Below are positions 51,965 to 64,000 of a stretch of 64,000 nucleotides of DNA, piece after piece. Below the pieces are notes generated by a model, which saw nothing but the letters and a program-made list of their open reading frames with translations, was not told the origin of the DNA and did not search any database. This DNA is from Ophelia neglecta (lineage: Eukaryota). The position numbers and the translations under genes are program-made. The stretch is taken from NCBI GenBank assembly GCA_965285935.1, contig OZ260663.1, forward strand, positions 55,676,001 through 55,740,000, in the 5' to 3' direction. Every line of letters begins with the position of its first letter. Within the stretch, counting starts at the first letter, position 1.

Positions 51965-53954
51965 AAATTTATAGTGAATACCTGAAATAATATATGCTGT
52001 ATTTATATATATATCCATATGTATAATAAAGTGCAAAATGGTTTCATAACTAAACAGGATTTAGGAAGACATTATTTATTGCTGAAATAACTTTTGATTC
52101 AATTAAAATTAGCACTGTGCTGATAATTCAAGCTGACACAGCCATCCGCCTCTAGACAATAACTTTGTTGATTTCCTGACAGATCTACGGCAAATTTCCT
52201 TGGTTGGCGGTTGATATAACTGGGTATAGATTGTTTGTATTGTCATGGCAACAAGTGCCTCGTTTGCATGACATTGCTATCAGAAGAGATGGCTAAATAG
52301 GTTCACTTGGCACAACTTGGTCTATTTGACTTTGACCTGTAGATATTTGGCTCTTTGGGGAGTATTGTGTTGGAAGATTCAATATCATTGTATAATGATG
52401 GTATTTGGGATGAATTCTGGCTAACCGACCTTGATTGGAAGTGACACAGTATATTTTGATTGATCTTTATTCTTTATCGGAAACATTGTTGAGTCAGAAC
52501 ATGGGTAATGTGCAACAGATTATGTTTAAGAATATGTTTTATATTTTGTTGAACTTTGAACATTGTTTTTGTAAAAGTGTCATGTTTGTTTATCAACAAG
52601 TATTGGGTTTCAGTTTAAAAAGCACATAATTTTAACAGGAATAGATATTTATTTCAAATCTTACTTGTGGTTCTGACGTTGAATTTGCACATAATTAATA
52701 ATGGATCATCAGCTACTATCAACACAGAGCACCAGGTACTCCGAAAAAAAAGAATATCTATACAAACAACAGAAAGTAAATTCTAAGCTAGAAAACGAGT
52801 GAGTGAATTGACTATATACAAATGTACGTGGAGATTACTTGAAATGAGGATAGTTTTCCATATTGAGCCACAGTAAATCATGAATGTTGCAAAATTAAAA
52901 AGCCACAATTAAATGTCAGCTGTTTCTTGATAATTTGATGTTTAACAGTATTATCAATTATCCCCTATTAAAGAAATGAGTGTGTGACCAGGGTGTGAAG
53001 GTAGACGAGTGCACTTGCATAGACTGAAATGCCAGAAGGAATTGGCTGGCTAGCTAAACTGCTGACCTACCTGTGGCTCACCTTGAATTCGACTGTGAAT
53101 GTCTTGTTTAAAACAAGACATCACAAAAAGACTCCTTTCGAAAAGGCTTATTATCAAACAAACTGTACTTTGTGTGACAGGTTTGGCTGAGGTTAGTATT
53201 TATAGGGTCTACATGATATCACCCTAATTGTGAATTTTTATGAGAATTTGACCTTGAGAGTCTCCTTGAGGATCAGTCAGACATGAGCCCAGTTGGTCAT
53301 TCTGTTGGTTATTCTGAGAAAATCTCAGTAATTGAATCAGATGTTACATGTACATGCACATGTGGGTAGTTAAATTGTTTTTTTTTAAATGTTTGGTTAA
53401 AATATAACATGAAAAATGAAGCTACATGTATATGTTTATTTGCTGGCTCTCTTTAATTAGAAAAGAAGTATATAATTTGTTAGAAAAGGAAAGAGTCAGC
53501 TGGGTATCTTTTGGGTGTTTTGAATTTGTACTTGATCCACATTAACAAGTTCAAAAAGTCTTTCAAGCTTATTATTGTAGTCTTCATTCTAAGAGATGAA
53601 GCTTTAAGGGTCGTAATTGATTTAAAACATGACATTAAATACAATTCATTATATAAAAAAAAAAGAATATTAAGGGTAGGTGCCAGTAATTAATTGCAAA
53701 TCAGCTTAGCTCTGCCTTATTTAAAATGAATTTAAATGCAGAAATGGCAGATTCTGTTGCAATAAGTAGTGTCACACATGCCTTATAAATTGGTGAATAC
53801 CATCTGTCCAATTGAATGATCCGTTTATACATGTTTGCATGGTGTTGTTTGATTAAGTAAAATACTTTCAATCTGTTGTAGAAAGTATAAAGAAAATAAT
53901 GCTCTGCTAATTTTATTTTCAGAATTAAACCACCTAAATACATTACAACCGAAC

Positions 53955-56900
53955 ATGGACCAGTCTGATGCCTCATCAATGGAGGGTGCAACACCAGGGC
54001 ATGCCAAGGCCAGCTCCTTCCCTGGTACTGGACAGCGCAGTTATAATGCTCTGTATGAAAGACCTGGAACCAAAGTCTGCTACTTCTACAAAGATGGGGA
54101 CGTGACATTTCCTGGTATCAAGTTGGCGGTGAACCCTCGACATTACCATGATGTGGACATCCTTAAATCTGAACTGACTAAAAAAGTGCAGGGTCTGCCA
54201 TTTGGCTGCCGAGCCATATACACCCCTGCTGGGCGCCACAGGGTCGACTCAATGGATAAGCTAGAGAATGATGGCAAGTATGTGTGTTCCACTCAGCGTC
54301 TTCGTGCTAAGGGAGTTGACGTCATGCGTGCCCAGCATGCCAACAAGGCCTGGCGCTCTGGAAGTCGTGCCCCTAGCGGTCGTAGGGCCTACAGCCTCAG
54401 CCTACGGGAGTCGCAAGTGGAAACCATTCATCAGACACCCAAACGAAATGCATGGGGGCCTAACTCAGATTCTAGTGAGAAAAAACCTTTATACAACGCA
54501 AGGGCACCCAAAAAGATTACTGTGTATAAAAATGGTGACACATCACAACGCCACGTTCTGCTGCTGAACAGGAAGACAGCTCAAACATTTGAGATGGTCC
54601 TTGATGATCTCAGCGGGATGTTCCAGATGCCTGTCAGACGGATGTACACAATGGAAGGAAAACCAGTAAGTCTAGCACATTCTCTATGAAATCTTGTTAT
54701 TGAAGATTAGTTGCAGTTATAGAGCTGTTGCAGAAAAGTTAGTTGCAGTATTTTTTTATGAAAATGGCTACTTGGACCTAAGCATCAAAGATGAGTGTAC
54801 ATTTAAATTTGTGTACTATTTATTATACTTGAAAGCAAGTGTTATCTATGTGTAGATGAATTTTCATAATTACCCAGTTTGGGAAACAGTAGTCATTGAT
54901 TAATTTTCTTCTTATAAGGTAAGAGGGTTGTCGGGGGTATTCAATGGCCCAGATACCTACATTGTTACGGGTGGAGACCGTTTCAAGCCTTTGACCGCCT
55001 CTTCAGAACCGCCTCCCACCAAGAGGAAATTCCAGCAGAATGATAGCGTACATGCCAGGCTTAGACAAAAAAGAGAGAAACTTTCCAAGACGAGTGAGTT
55101 GGTTTATTTTAAGTCCTAGCTGATGTGTCTTCAATGTGTCTTCTCTGTTTGCTTTCCCTGTTGTGTTTAAAAATGTATAAAATTATACATGTAGATACAA
55201 GCCCATATTAGCAAAATATTGAAAATAACAATATACCAGGGTATAATTTTCCTTTTATTGTTACTATAAACCTAAATTTCTCTGGCTATGCTACCAGACA
55301 CTGCATGACATTTCAGAGCAAGTGTTCCTGCTCACTCCGCACCCACCTCCTAAAAGACAGTTCCCTCGCGGAGCGCCCCCTGCCACCAAATACAAAGTCA
55401 GGCAAAGATCAGGTAGAGAGATGTGTGCCACTCACTTCCTGTCTATACTAATATAAACTAAACAAGAAACCCCGACGACATTGATCGTGTTGATTACAAT
55501 GTACTTTATCAATCCAGCTGATCCTGCCTAGTTCACTTGTTTGGATAATGTAACAAAGCCCACTAATGTCACTGGTTTTTGCTTGCTGCTCTGAAATAAC
55601 TGCTTACAAATTAGAAAAATATTGTGATTATATGGATGTGAAAAATATAAGGCCATATGGAAGAACATTATGGCTTAAAAGCCTTATGACTATCATTATA
55701 AACATACATGTATGCAATTGAGAGAAATTATTACTTCCTGGAAATACTTTTGAGCTGAATGGAGAGTTTAATTTTGTTGAGTTATTATGTTATAACATTT
55801 GAAAGGAATGAAGGCTTGAAAATAGATAGCTACACACAACCTCAAGCCATGGTTTTTCTTTTCTTTAGCCACATTTAAAAATTGCATATGTTTATACAAG
55901 TACACAACAAACCACAGGTAAAAAATTCTGTTTGGCCATGGTCTACTGCACCTTGTGTGTCCATCTAAACATGACTCATGTGAAGGACTTTAACTAGGAT
56001 TTGTAGGAGATATTAAAGCTTTATTTTTTCTCCATTTTTTCCTATTTACCTTTTTGTTCTAGAAATAATTTTTCATAGCAACAAGTGTTCATGATATTAT
56101 TGGAATGGAAATAAAAGGTCAAAGAATATCAAAATTGATTACAAGAATTAGCAAACAAATATATTCTTCTTTAATATTATCAAGCCTAGAAATGTGTGAC
56201 CACATGTGAAATGCAAACAAAATTTAATTGGTGTGGTAGGCTTCCAGAAACTATGTTAAATTATATGAGTTTCAAGTTGGATCAATGTTTCAAGGCCATT
56301 TGCACATGTATTATTAAATGTGTTAGTTAAGGTGACTCAATGGCAGGGCAGTTCAAATATTCATGTACTTGTACATGTATGTAATGTATAGTTGATGATT
56401 TTGTTGCCACTTTTAAAGCCCAGCAAACTCCTGCTCCATTTTTATCGGAATTCTGATCTGAATTAACCTTTCCTATATCTGTAATTACCTGAAGTTTCTG
56501 AAGCCACAAAGGAATTTATTTATGACCATGAAACATACATGCATGTCCATATTGGCTTCTGATTGATAGATAAGCCAATAAGCCAATACATGTGGCTGAA
56601 ATTTTTTATAGTTATCTGCTTTGCAGCAAAATCACCATTTTGTCTAGTTATTGATCCCACTTTCCTCACTTGCTTGATCTCCTCAATCTGAGCTGCAATC
56701 TGAGCTGTCTCACTCAGCCCAGCACAAAGGCTAATCAATGTAAACTTAGTTGGTTTACACTGATTCAATGATGCATTTAATTTTTCATCCGTGCATGCTA
56801 AAACTCAATTACCGGTACTCTCCTGACTTCTTCACATTCATCTTGATTCATTTCTCGGATATTCTAGCACTTGTAGTTTTATTCTCATCGATTAACATTG

Positions 56901-59900
56901 TCTGCCAAATTGTAGAAGCTTGATGAGTTTTTATTGCTGAGCAGTCTAGAGCATGTAATTGAAATAATCAATCTATCTTAAACGACATTTAAATTTGTAG
57001 TACTACAACAAACTAATCTCAAAAAATTCAGCAAATGTGTTTAAGTCAGACTACACATACATGAAGGATTCACAAAGCTGTTACTGGCACCCTGCAACAG
57101 ATATAATCATGTAACGAGTTATTTGCCAGTGTTTTTCCCTGCTTTGTTATGGAGAAATGTTAATGTATAACTGGGGTATTTTAAACCTAATTTACGGTAG
57201 GAACAGACATTGAATTGGGTGGCAGTGTGATGGCTCGCATGATCTTTTAAGTCGTTTTAATTGTTGAGGGAGAAAGAATGAAACATGTTGCTGTACATGT
57301 AATTTTTTGTCCATTGTTACAGACATCATGTTAGTTCAATCTGTCACCTCTGATATGAAATTAAGATATCCTTTTTGAGTATTTTATCTGAACCTTTGTC
57401 ATTACAGGAGGCAAGTGGACAGTATGGGTGACCACAAATGAGCTACCTTCAGGGGGAACTCAAGCCCAGGTGACAATCACTGTTTATGGGCACAAGGGAA
57501 ACACGGGACCCCTGCCACTCGGCTTCGCAGACGGCGAAACCTTCCAGACTGGAAACATTGACGAGTTTGAGGTACTGACTCCTGCTAAAATTGTCAACCT
57601 TCCAAATTGTTAGCTTGTCTTCATTAATATTTTAGTTTTCTCCTCACCCTTTCCACCTGTAGTCTATTCTTGAATAGAGTGCTTATAGCTCTAACAGTTT
57701 AATAATATATATGTATGTAGTTCTAAATCCAAGTTCATTGATTGATTTAGTCTCAGTGCAAAGGACTTTTTTATATTGAGCATTAAACTTTGTTTCTTTT
57801 CCAGTGCAGTAATTAATTACTTTATATTTATTCCTTTTAATCTCTTGTCATGATTGTTGATTTCTACACTACCCCATTTATAGAATTAATAGAGAATACA
57901 ATCTACATGATGAAGCTTTTTTTCTGATATTTAGCTCTTTATAAAAAAAAGTATGTATCTTGTATTTCCTGACAGGGAGGCAATATAATAATGGCCACAA
58001 GCCAGGTACATGTTTTTCCACAAAACCAGACTAATTGAATTGATATTTTAATCACAGTCTATCAACTTATTAATGTCATTGAGTTTTTACCAAGCTAACA
58101 CTAGGGTTACGTCTTTGCTCTATTTTGTTTGCCTCCATATGAATGAAAAATTCACTAGACTTTTTTTTACATTCTAAAAGAGCTTGTTGCATAATGTTAA
58201 TTGTTGTGTTACATTATGTATTTTCTTGGAATACAAGTAAATTAAATGTCATTTATACTTTTCAAATGGCACTTTGGAAGTATCCACTTCTCTGCATGTT
58301 GGGTCACAATGTAAAAAAGTGGTCAAATGAAGCATTTCACTTTGTACCACAATTAACACCAATTTAACACTGATTTGAAATCTTTGAATCCCAGTAAATT
58401 ATGATTTGACCCGAATTGACCTAGTCAAAGTAGCAGCAGTGATCTACCATGTCAGGGCAGGGTGTTGATAGACAGTATGCAGCTACTTTGATAAGTGGAC
58501 AATTCAGCCCAGGATTTTTTGTTAGTTTAAAAGATCATGGCATGCAGTGCCGCATTAACAACATATAAATTGGTGATTGGGTATCCACAGCATTTGTCAC
58601 GGAAAATAAAATAACACTGCACAAAGAATGTTCCTACCAAGTTTACTAGTTGATATTTTGGGATTATATATATAATATGGAATGTGATATATTTCTATTT
58701 TGGGACAGTAGAATTAGACTAACATTATTATTACATTGATTAAACATAAATTATTGCTTCTACTTTTAGCACTATAGTCACCATTTATACCTGGAAACTC
58801 ATTGGTTCTTTGTTTGTGTCAACATTTAGAAAGTTAAGATGGGTTAAACTGAGTTCTAATTACCATATCATATGTGTATCACAATGTTATTTTCTATTAC
58901 ACCAATCAGATTAATGTGGGAAACATTGGTGAGATATTCAAGATCCGCGTAGCCCATGACAACACGGGCGAGTTCCCAGGATGGTTCTGTGATGAGGTAA
59001 TTATTTGTTTTATTAGATCAGTATTTATTATTCATTTTGATCATATCACCAGTCATGAACAGGAGCAAAAAAATGAGTTCACTATAAAATGCCCCTTCAC
59101 TATGTTTGGTAAAAGGTTTATGGAAATAAGGTGCCACAAAAATTTCATAGAGCATTAGCATCTGTTGGCACCTGGGATTTATCACCAAAATTAACATGGT
59201 GGGAAAATATTGCTTCCAGAGAAAAGTTTGATATCATTGGACATTTCATGGTTTAGAATATTTGTTTGTGGTATTGCTAGGTGAGAATGAAAGACAAGGA
59301 CACAGAGGAGGAGCTGCTGTTTAGATGTGGACGCTGGCTGTCCAGAGACGAGGATGATCACGAGATCTGCAGGGAGCTGCCCGTCATGAGACCAAACGAA
59401 CAAGTCCTACCAGGTACAGTAGATACATTGAAACAATTAAGAGTATAACTGGGTGAGGGATCAGTAAGTTTTTCAAAATAGTACATTTTTTGGGTGGATG
59501 CACATCATGTCTATCTACTGGGGTATACACTGTATTATATACATGTATATGGGTCCTCAGCCCAAGCGACTCTTGTTTTAGGTGAAGTCAATGGCATTTA
59601 AAAGGTCATTACCACATGTATGAAATAAATACTGATATTCAAATAAATTGGCTCATGTGTGACAATACATATTATGGTATGCTCCTTCCTTGTCCAGTAT
59701 TGAAGTATGAAGTGACAGTGCACACTGGTGATCTGTGGAACGCTGGCACAGAGGCCAATGTCTACATGACAGTGTATGGAGAGAAGGGAGACACAGGGGT
59801 CAGGCAACTCTACAAGTCTAACTCCCCCCAAAAATTCCTCATGGGACAAGTTAGTGAAATCAGTCTTTGCCAAATATCTCGCACATGACCATACTGTTAG

Positions 59901-62900
59901 GCTATATTAACTTTTGTTGATCAGACAGTGCATGGAGATCAGTTGCCTTAGACTGTTTAATTGCCACAGAATAAGAATGTTTTGTAATTCTTAAAAAGAA
60001 GTGAAATATTCATATGTTGAGTGCTGAAACCTCTTTAGACTAGTCTTAAAACATTGTTTATTGAAGTCTTGTAAAGAGTCTTGCTATGACAAATAAAATT
60101 GATAGACTTCCAGTCTATGCCTGAAACAGAAGTGTAGGAATCCGCAGTTGCTTTGCATCTTTAAGTTTTTTGATGTCTATATTCTTGGATACCATGATAT
60201 TTTGAAGGTTGATGTGTTTACCGTGGAAGCCGTCCAGCTTGGTAATTTGAAGAGAGTTATTGTGGGACATGATGGTACTGGAGCTGGATTTGGCTGGTTC
60301 CTGGAAAAAGTTGTCATCAAAGAATCTCCAAAGGCCCGCTTTGAACAAGTCTTTGACTGTCGCAGGTTAGTGGATTATAATAGACCATGTTTGTAAACAA
60401 AATAATAGGCCGCCAGCAATGCAAAATTCTGAGACTGAATTTGTTGCATTCTGCTAGGAAGAGCTTATTGTACATTTGATTGAGGATTTCAAATGTAGAC
60501 TAATATTCAATTAATGATGAAGGTGCTTATCTTCTAAATGTTTAAACACCCTACAGATGGCTTGATGAAGGCGAAGATGATGGAAAGATAGTACGAGAGT
60601 TAAAACCACTGGATGAGTACAATGCGGATCAGATTGAAAAGCAGATGGTAATTATTAGTTTTCTGGCCTAAAAAGTATAAATTAAAACCATGTTAAACTA
60701 TTTCAAAAAAAATGCTAGTCTAATTGTCAAAGAAAAAAGAAATCCATGCTATCAAATAAGTTTATTTTCTTAAAGTATGGAGATATCCCATCTTTCAGTT
60801 TGAGTATGAGAAGTGGAAGATGTCCACAGGTAATCTGGTCATGCTCTTTCCCAAGAGCACTCAGAAAGCCTTGAGGATAAACCGAGATGCCTCAGTGGAT
60901 GCTTCTGGTGAATACAATGATCCAACAGGTATGAAATAAACACTGGAATCTTGTTATTCTCATTTAAAATAATCATCCAACTACCGTAATAAATAATGCC
61001 TCTAATAATTGGCCCCCTGTATTAATTCATACACTTCAGCTTTGTAAAATAAAATTTTGATTAATTTTTTTCCTTGCAATAATAAGCCCACCTACATGAT
61101 AAGCTATTGTAGAGAAAATCTAGTGATCCAAATAATTATTTTTATTCTGCCTGTAATGATTCATACAGTTATAAATTTGATTAATTGTAGGTGGGCAAAT
61201 TATTAGATTATTATGTTAGTATTGCTCCTTTCAGATAAGGGTCTTACCATTCCCATAGACAGCTTTGTTGTGTAACATTAATGCATCCTAAGTAAAATCA
61301 TTCTCAAATAGATATTTTTGTATTAATTGCAGGTGTTTTTAAATGTTTTGTGAAGAAAGGCCTGGTACGAGTCTTTCAGAGTAGTTCCACTCCTAAATTC
61401 CATCTGGCTATTGATAATGCCAAAGTCATGGGACAGGTATGTTTATTTCAAAGTGCCTGGAAAATACATCCTGCAGTAGACCTGATGAAATCTTTAAAAA
61501 TGGCAGAGTTAGCAGAAAATGTAAATTTGTGAAGGATAAAGTATAGATGCCTTTTTCATTTCATACAGATGTGGCTTTTACTTTCTTTACTGTTGTATCT
61601 ATTTGAGACAAAAATTAAAGTGTTTTTATGCATGGATACAGGGACGTGGTGGATCCTACTGTGAGTTTAAAGTTCGAGTTCAAGAGGACCGTAGCATCAT
61701 GTTTGAGTCCACAAAATACCCCCTTCAGCATCTGACAATACTGGCCAGCGGCAAGCCGGGAGACCCCCGAGGACCCGCCGACTTGACCAAACAGTTCTTC
61801 CTCTACTGCAAGGTATGCTTTATCAATAAAGTACGCTTACAGAGCTTGCCTAGATTGTCATATTGGATAAATTTCCTTTTTAAGCTTAAATATCTGTAAT
61901 AGGAATGTATTTTTCTAGATATAGGATTTTGAATTCATCATGTTGAAAGTACCATTTACTTATCCAGGGAGTTTTCAGAGACAAAGGTGTCCTGGTGTTT
62001 AATACCACCACCACACAGACCTTGAACATTGACCATGACAACACATTGTATGCCACTGGCAAGCGTAACAAGCTTTCTCACTTCCGCACCCACAAAGTTG
62101 AAGAGGGAGGCACTCGTATGTTTGAGAGTGTGGTGTTCCCAAATCAGTTCATCAGAATTAAAGATGGACAACTTGACTGCTTGGTAAGTTACAGATATCA
62201 TGATTGACCGTTGGGTAAGTCTTTGTCAAAAGGGGTAAGATAGAGTGCCAGTTTTTTGGTCAGGCCTGGGCTGTGGAGAGGAGGGATGATGGTTCATGTA
62301 TGGACAATTCTTGCCCAGAAACACCATTTGCCCAGAAACACCATTTGCAATTAAAGCTACATGACTGTCATATTAAGCATTCAGATTTTGTGCTGTGTAG
62401 GATAATTATTTACTTAACTCTGTATTTCAAACACAACAATATAAGCAACCTTTATCTTTCAGGGCACAGGGGACAAGTCATGTGAGTTCAAGGTTCACAA
62501 GTTTAGGGAGTTGAACTATGTGTCTCTGGAGTCAATGGCCAGTCGTGGCATCTTTGTGGGGATGACGCCAGAAGGAAAAGTCCGCCCCACAGTGGACACT
62601 GGAGCCAAGAATGTCAGGCTCTATGCTGAGGTGGTCTCATGTAAGCGGTGAATTTCAATGTGACCTTGAACTACATACTTTTATGATAGCATTGCACTAA
62701 TTGGCAATTGGCATTTAAAGTGATTTTTTTTTTGTATAGAATATTTAAAGGCTATATTTTTTCAGTTGGAATTGCTAAGAAAGTGGAAAAAGTCCCTGTG
62801 GCTGAGCCAGTCCAACAGGAGCCGACTCCACCGTTTGAATCCAAGCCCAAGAAACATCGCAAACGTACCAGCCCACCTCCAGAAAGGTCGCCCAGTCCAA

Positions 62901-63749
62901 AAAGGAGGTCCCCAAGCCCAGAACATGAACAGGCAGTGAAACCTGAGAGTCCTAAGGAAAAGTTCGATGGTAGTATATCATATTTTTTAGTCATGTTGAA
63001 TATCTTTAATCTTTAATCTTTCTATGTATAAAAATTTAGTTATTGTAAAATCAGTACAGTTAAGGCTTAAGTAAAATAAGACAAGCTGTTGAAAATGTAT
63101 TTCTCCTGTTTAATGTTTAATGTTTGACCACTTTTAATAGCTAGCTATAAAAACAAATATTACCCACCAGTATTGTATGCAATTATTTATCAAAAAAATA
63201 AAGTATATTTGATTAATCAATATTTTCAGAGGGAGATTGGAAGGTATGGGTGGCATCCACTGAGAGTGCTGACAATGCTCAGATTGTAATGGTAATCTAT
63301 GGTGACAAGGGTAACTCAGGTCCTATCATCCTGGGATCCACCGAGGAAAATGGACTCTTCCATGCCAACAATGTGGATGAGTTCAAAGTAAATCTGGCCA
63401 AATGTGGCAAACTGTATAAAATCAGGGTGGAGCTTGATCCCCTGAATAACAAGCAAGAGCCTATTTGGAAAATCAAAGAGGTAATTTGATATAATTATCA
63501 ATCTATAAAACATGTTTATGATTGTGTCTTCTCCAGCCATTTACCACCCACATCGTATTTCATCTTTATGGGTCTGAAGATTGTCCAGCGCTTTTTTAAC
63601 CCCCTTTCATCTGTAGGTTAAAATGCAAGACATGAACTCTAAAGAAATGTTAAAGTTCAAATACAACCGTTGGCTTTCCCGTAAACACGACGATGGAGAG
63701 ATCATGAGAGAGTTGCCGGCAATAAGGCCTCAACAACAGGTCCTCCCAG
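53955..63749 (+). CDS. RP1/RP1L1-like doublecortin + PLAT (LOXHD1-like) + beta-trefoil protein, 3' end outside window
   Basis: Exons 53955-54665, 54919-55093, (55317-55412), 57408-57571, 58910-58996, 59281-59413, 59698-59849, 60208-60365, 60557-60647, 60799-60928, 61333-61436, 61642-61812, 61968-62183, 62463-62640, 62766-62969, 63230-63480, 63617-63749; all phases join. DCX1 (FYKDGDVTFPG...LPFGCRAIYTPAGRHRV), DCX2 (ITVYKNGD...LLNRKTAQTFE), PLAT repeats (YEVTVHTGDLWNAGTEANVYMTVYGEKGDTG; RWLDEGEDDGKIVREL). Confidence 0.9.
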
Positions 63750-64000
63750 GTAGGTCACTTTGAAAATCTCCTAAAAGAATTGCATCCAAGATTATATAGT
63801 GGTGGATTCCAAGAACACCTCCCTCCATCTTGAACCCATTTAACCAGTTTTGTAAATGCCATAAAATGTTCAAAGCATCACTCTCTTGACACTGGCCAAT
63901 AACCATTTATTGTACTATTGGTGTAAGATCAGTTCTTTACAGAGAAACTTCCACTTATATGATATGAACAATGATATTGAAATTTGTTATTTTTTGCTAT

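Noticed and set aside
52701-52798. ATG-containing exon as N-terminal extension of the DCX gene
   Set aside because: Its phase-2 donor is out of frame with the 53923 acceptor; at most a UTR exon with a uORF.
54917-54924. AG|GTAAGA (also AG|GTGAGA at 59279) as recursive splice sites
   Set aside because: Phase-0 exons starting with Val give AG|GT by chance; the introns are short and the exons encode needed domain sequence.

Overview
AT-rich, intron-dense animal genomic DNA, probably an invertebrate bilaterian (taxon inferred, not shown). Six spliced genes can be assembled by hand: the 3' half of MTREX/MTR4 (+), NDUFAF6 (+), an FBXO25/FBXO32 (atrogin-1) F-box gene (+), EIF3I (+), a C8orf74 homologue (-), and the 5' part of an RP1/RP1L1-like DCX-DCX-PLAT-PLAT-(beta-trefoil)x2-PLAT gene (+). 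Most ORF-track entries are exon-plus-intron read-throughs or noise. Main finding: the 9-kb first intron of the atrogin-like gene holds two duplicated promoter-plus-exon cassettes. Each encodes a long N-terminus with two copies of the family's N-terminal Trp motif, ends in a phase-2 donor compatible with exon 2, and has CArG (SRF) boxes upstream; one is split by an in-frame TAA. Also seen: a U12 intron in EIF3I, a GC-AG intron in MTREX, a head-to-head C8orf74/RP1-like pair that recalls human 8p23.1, and several MITEs with TIRs and TSDs.
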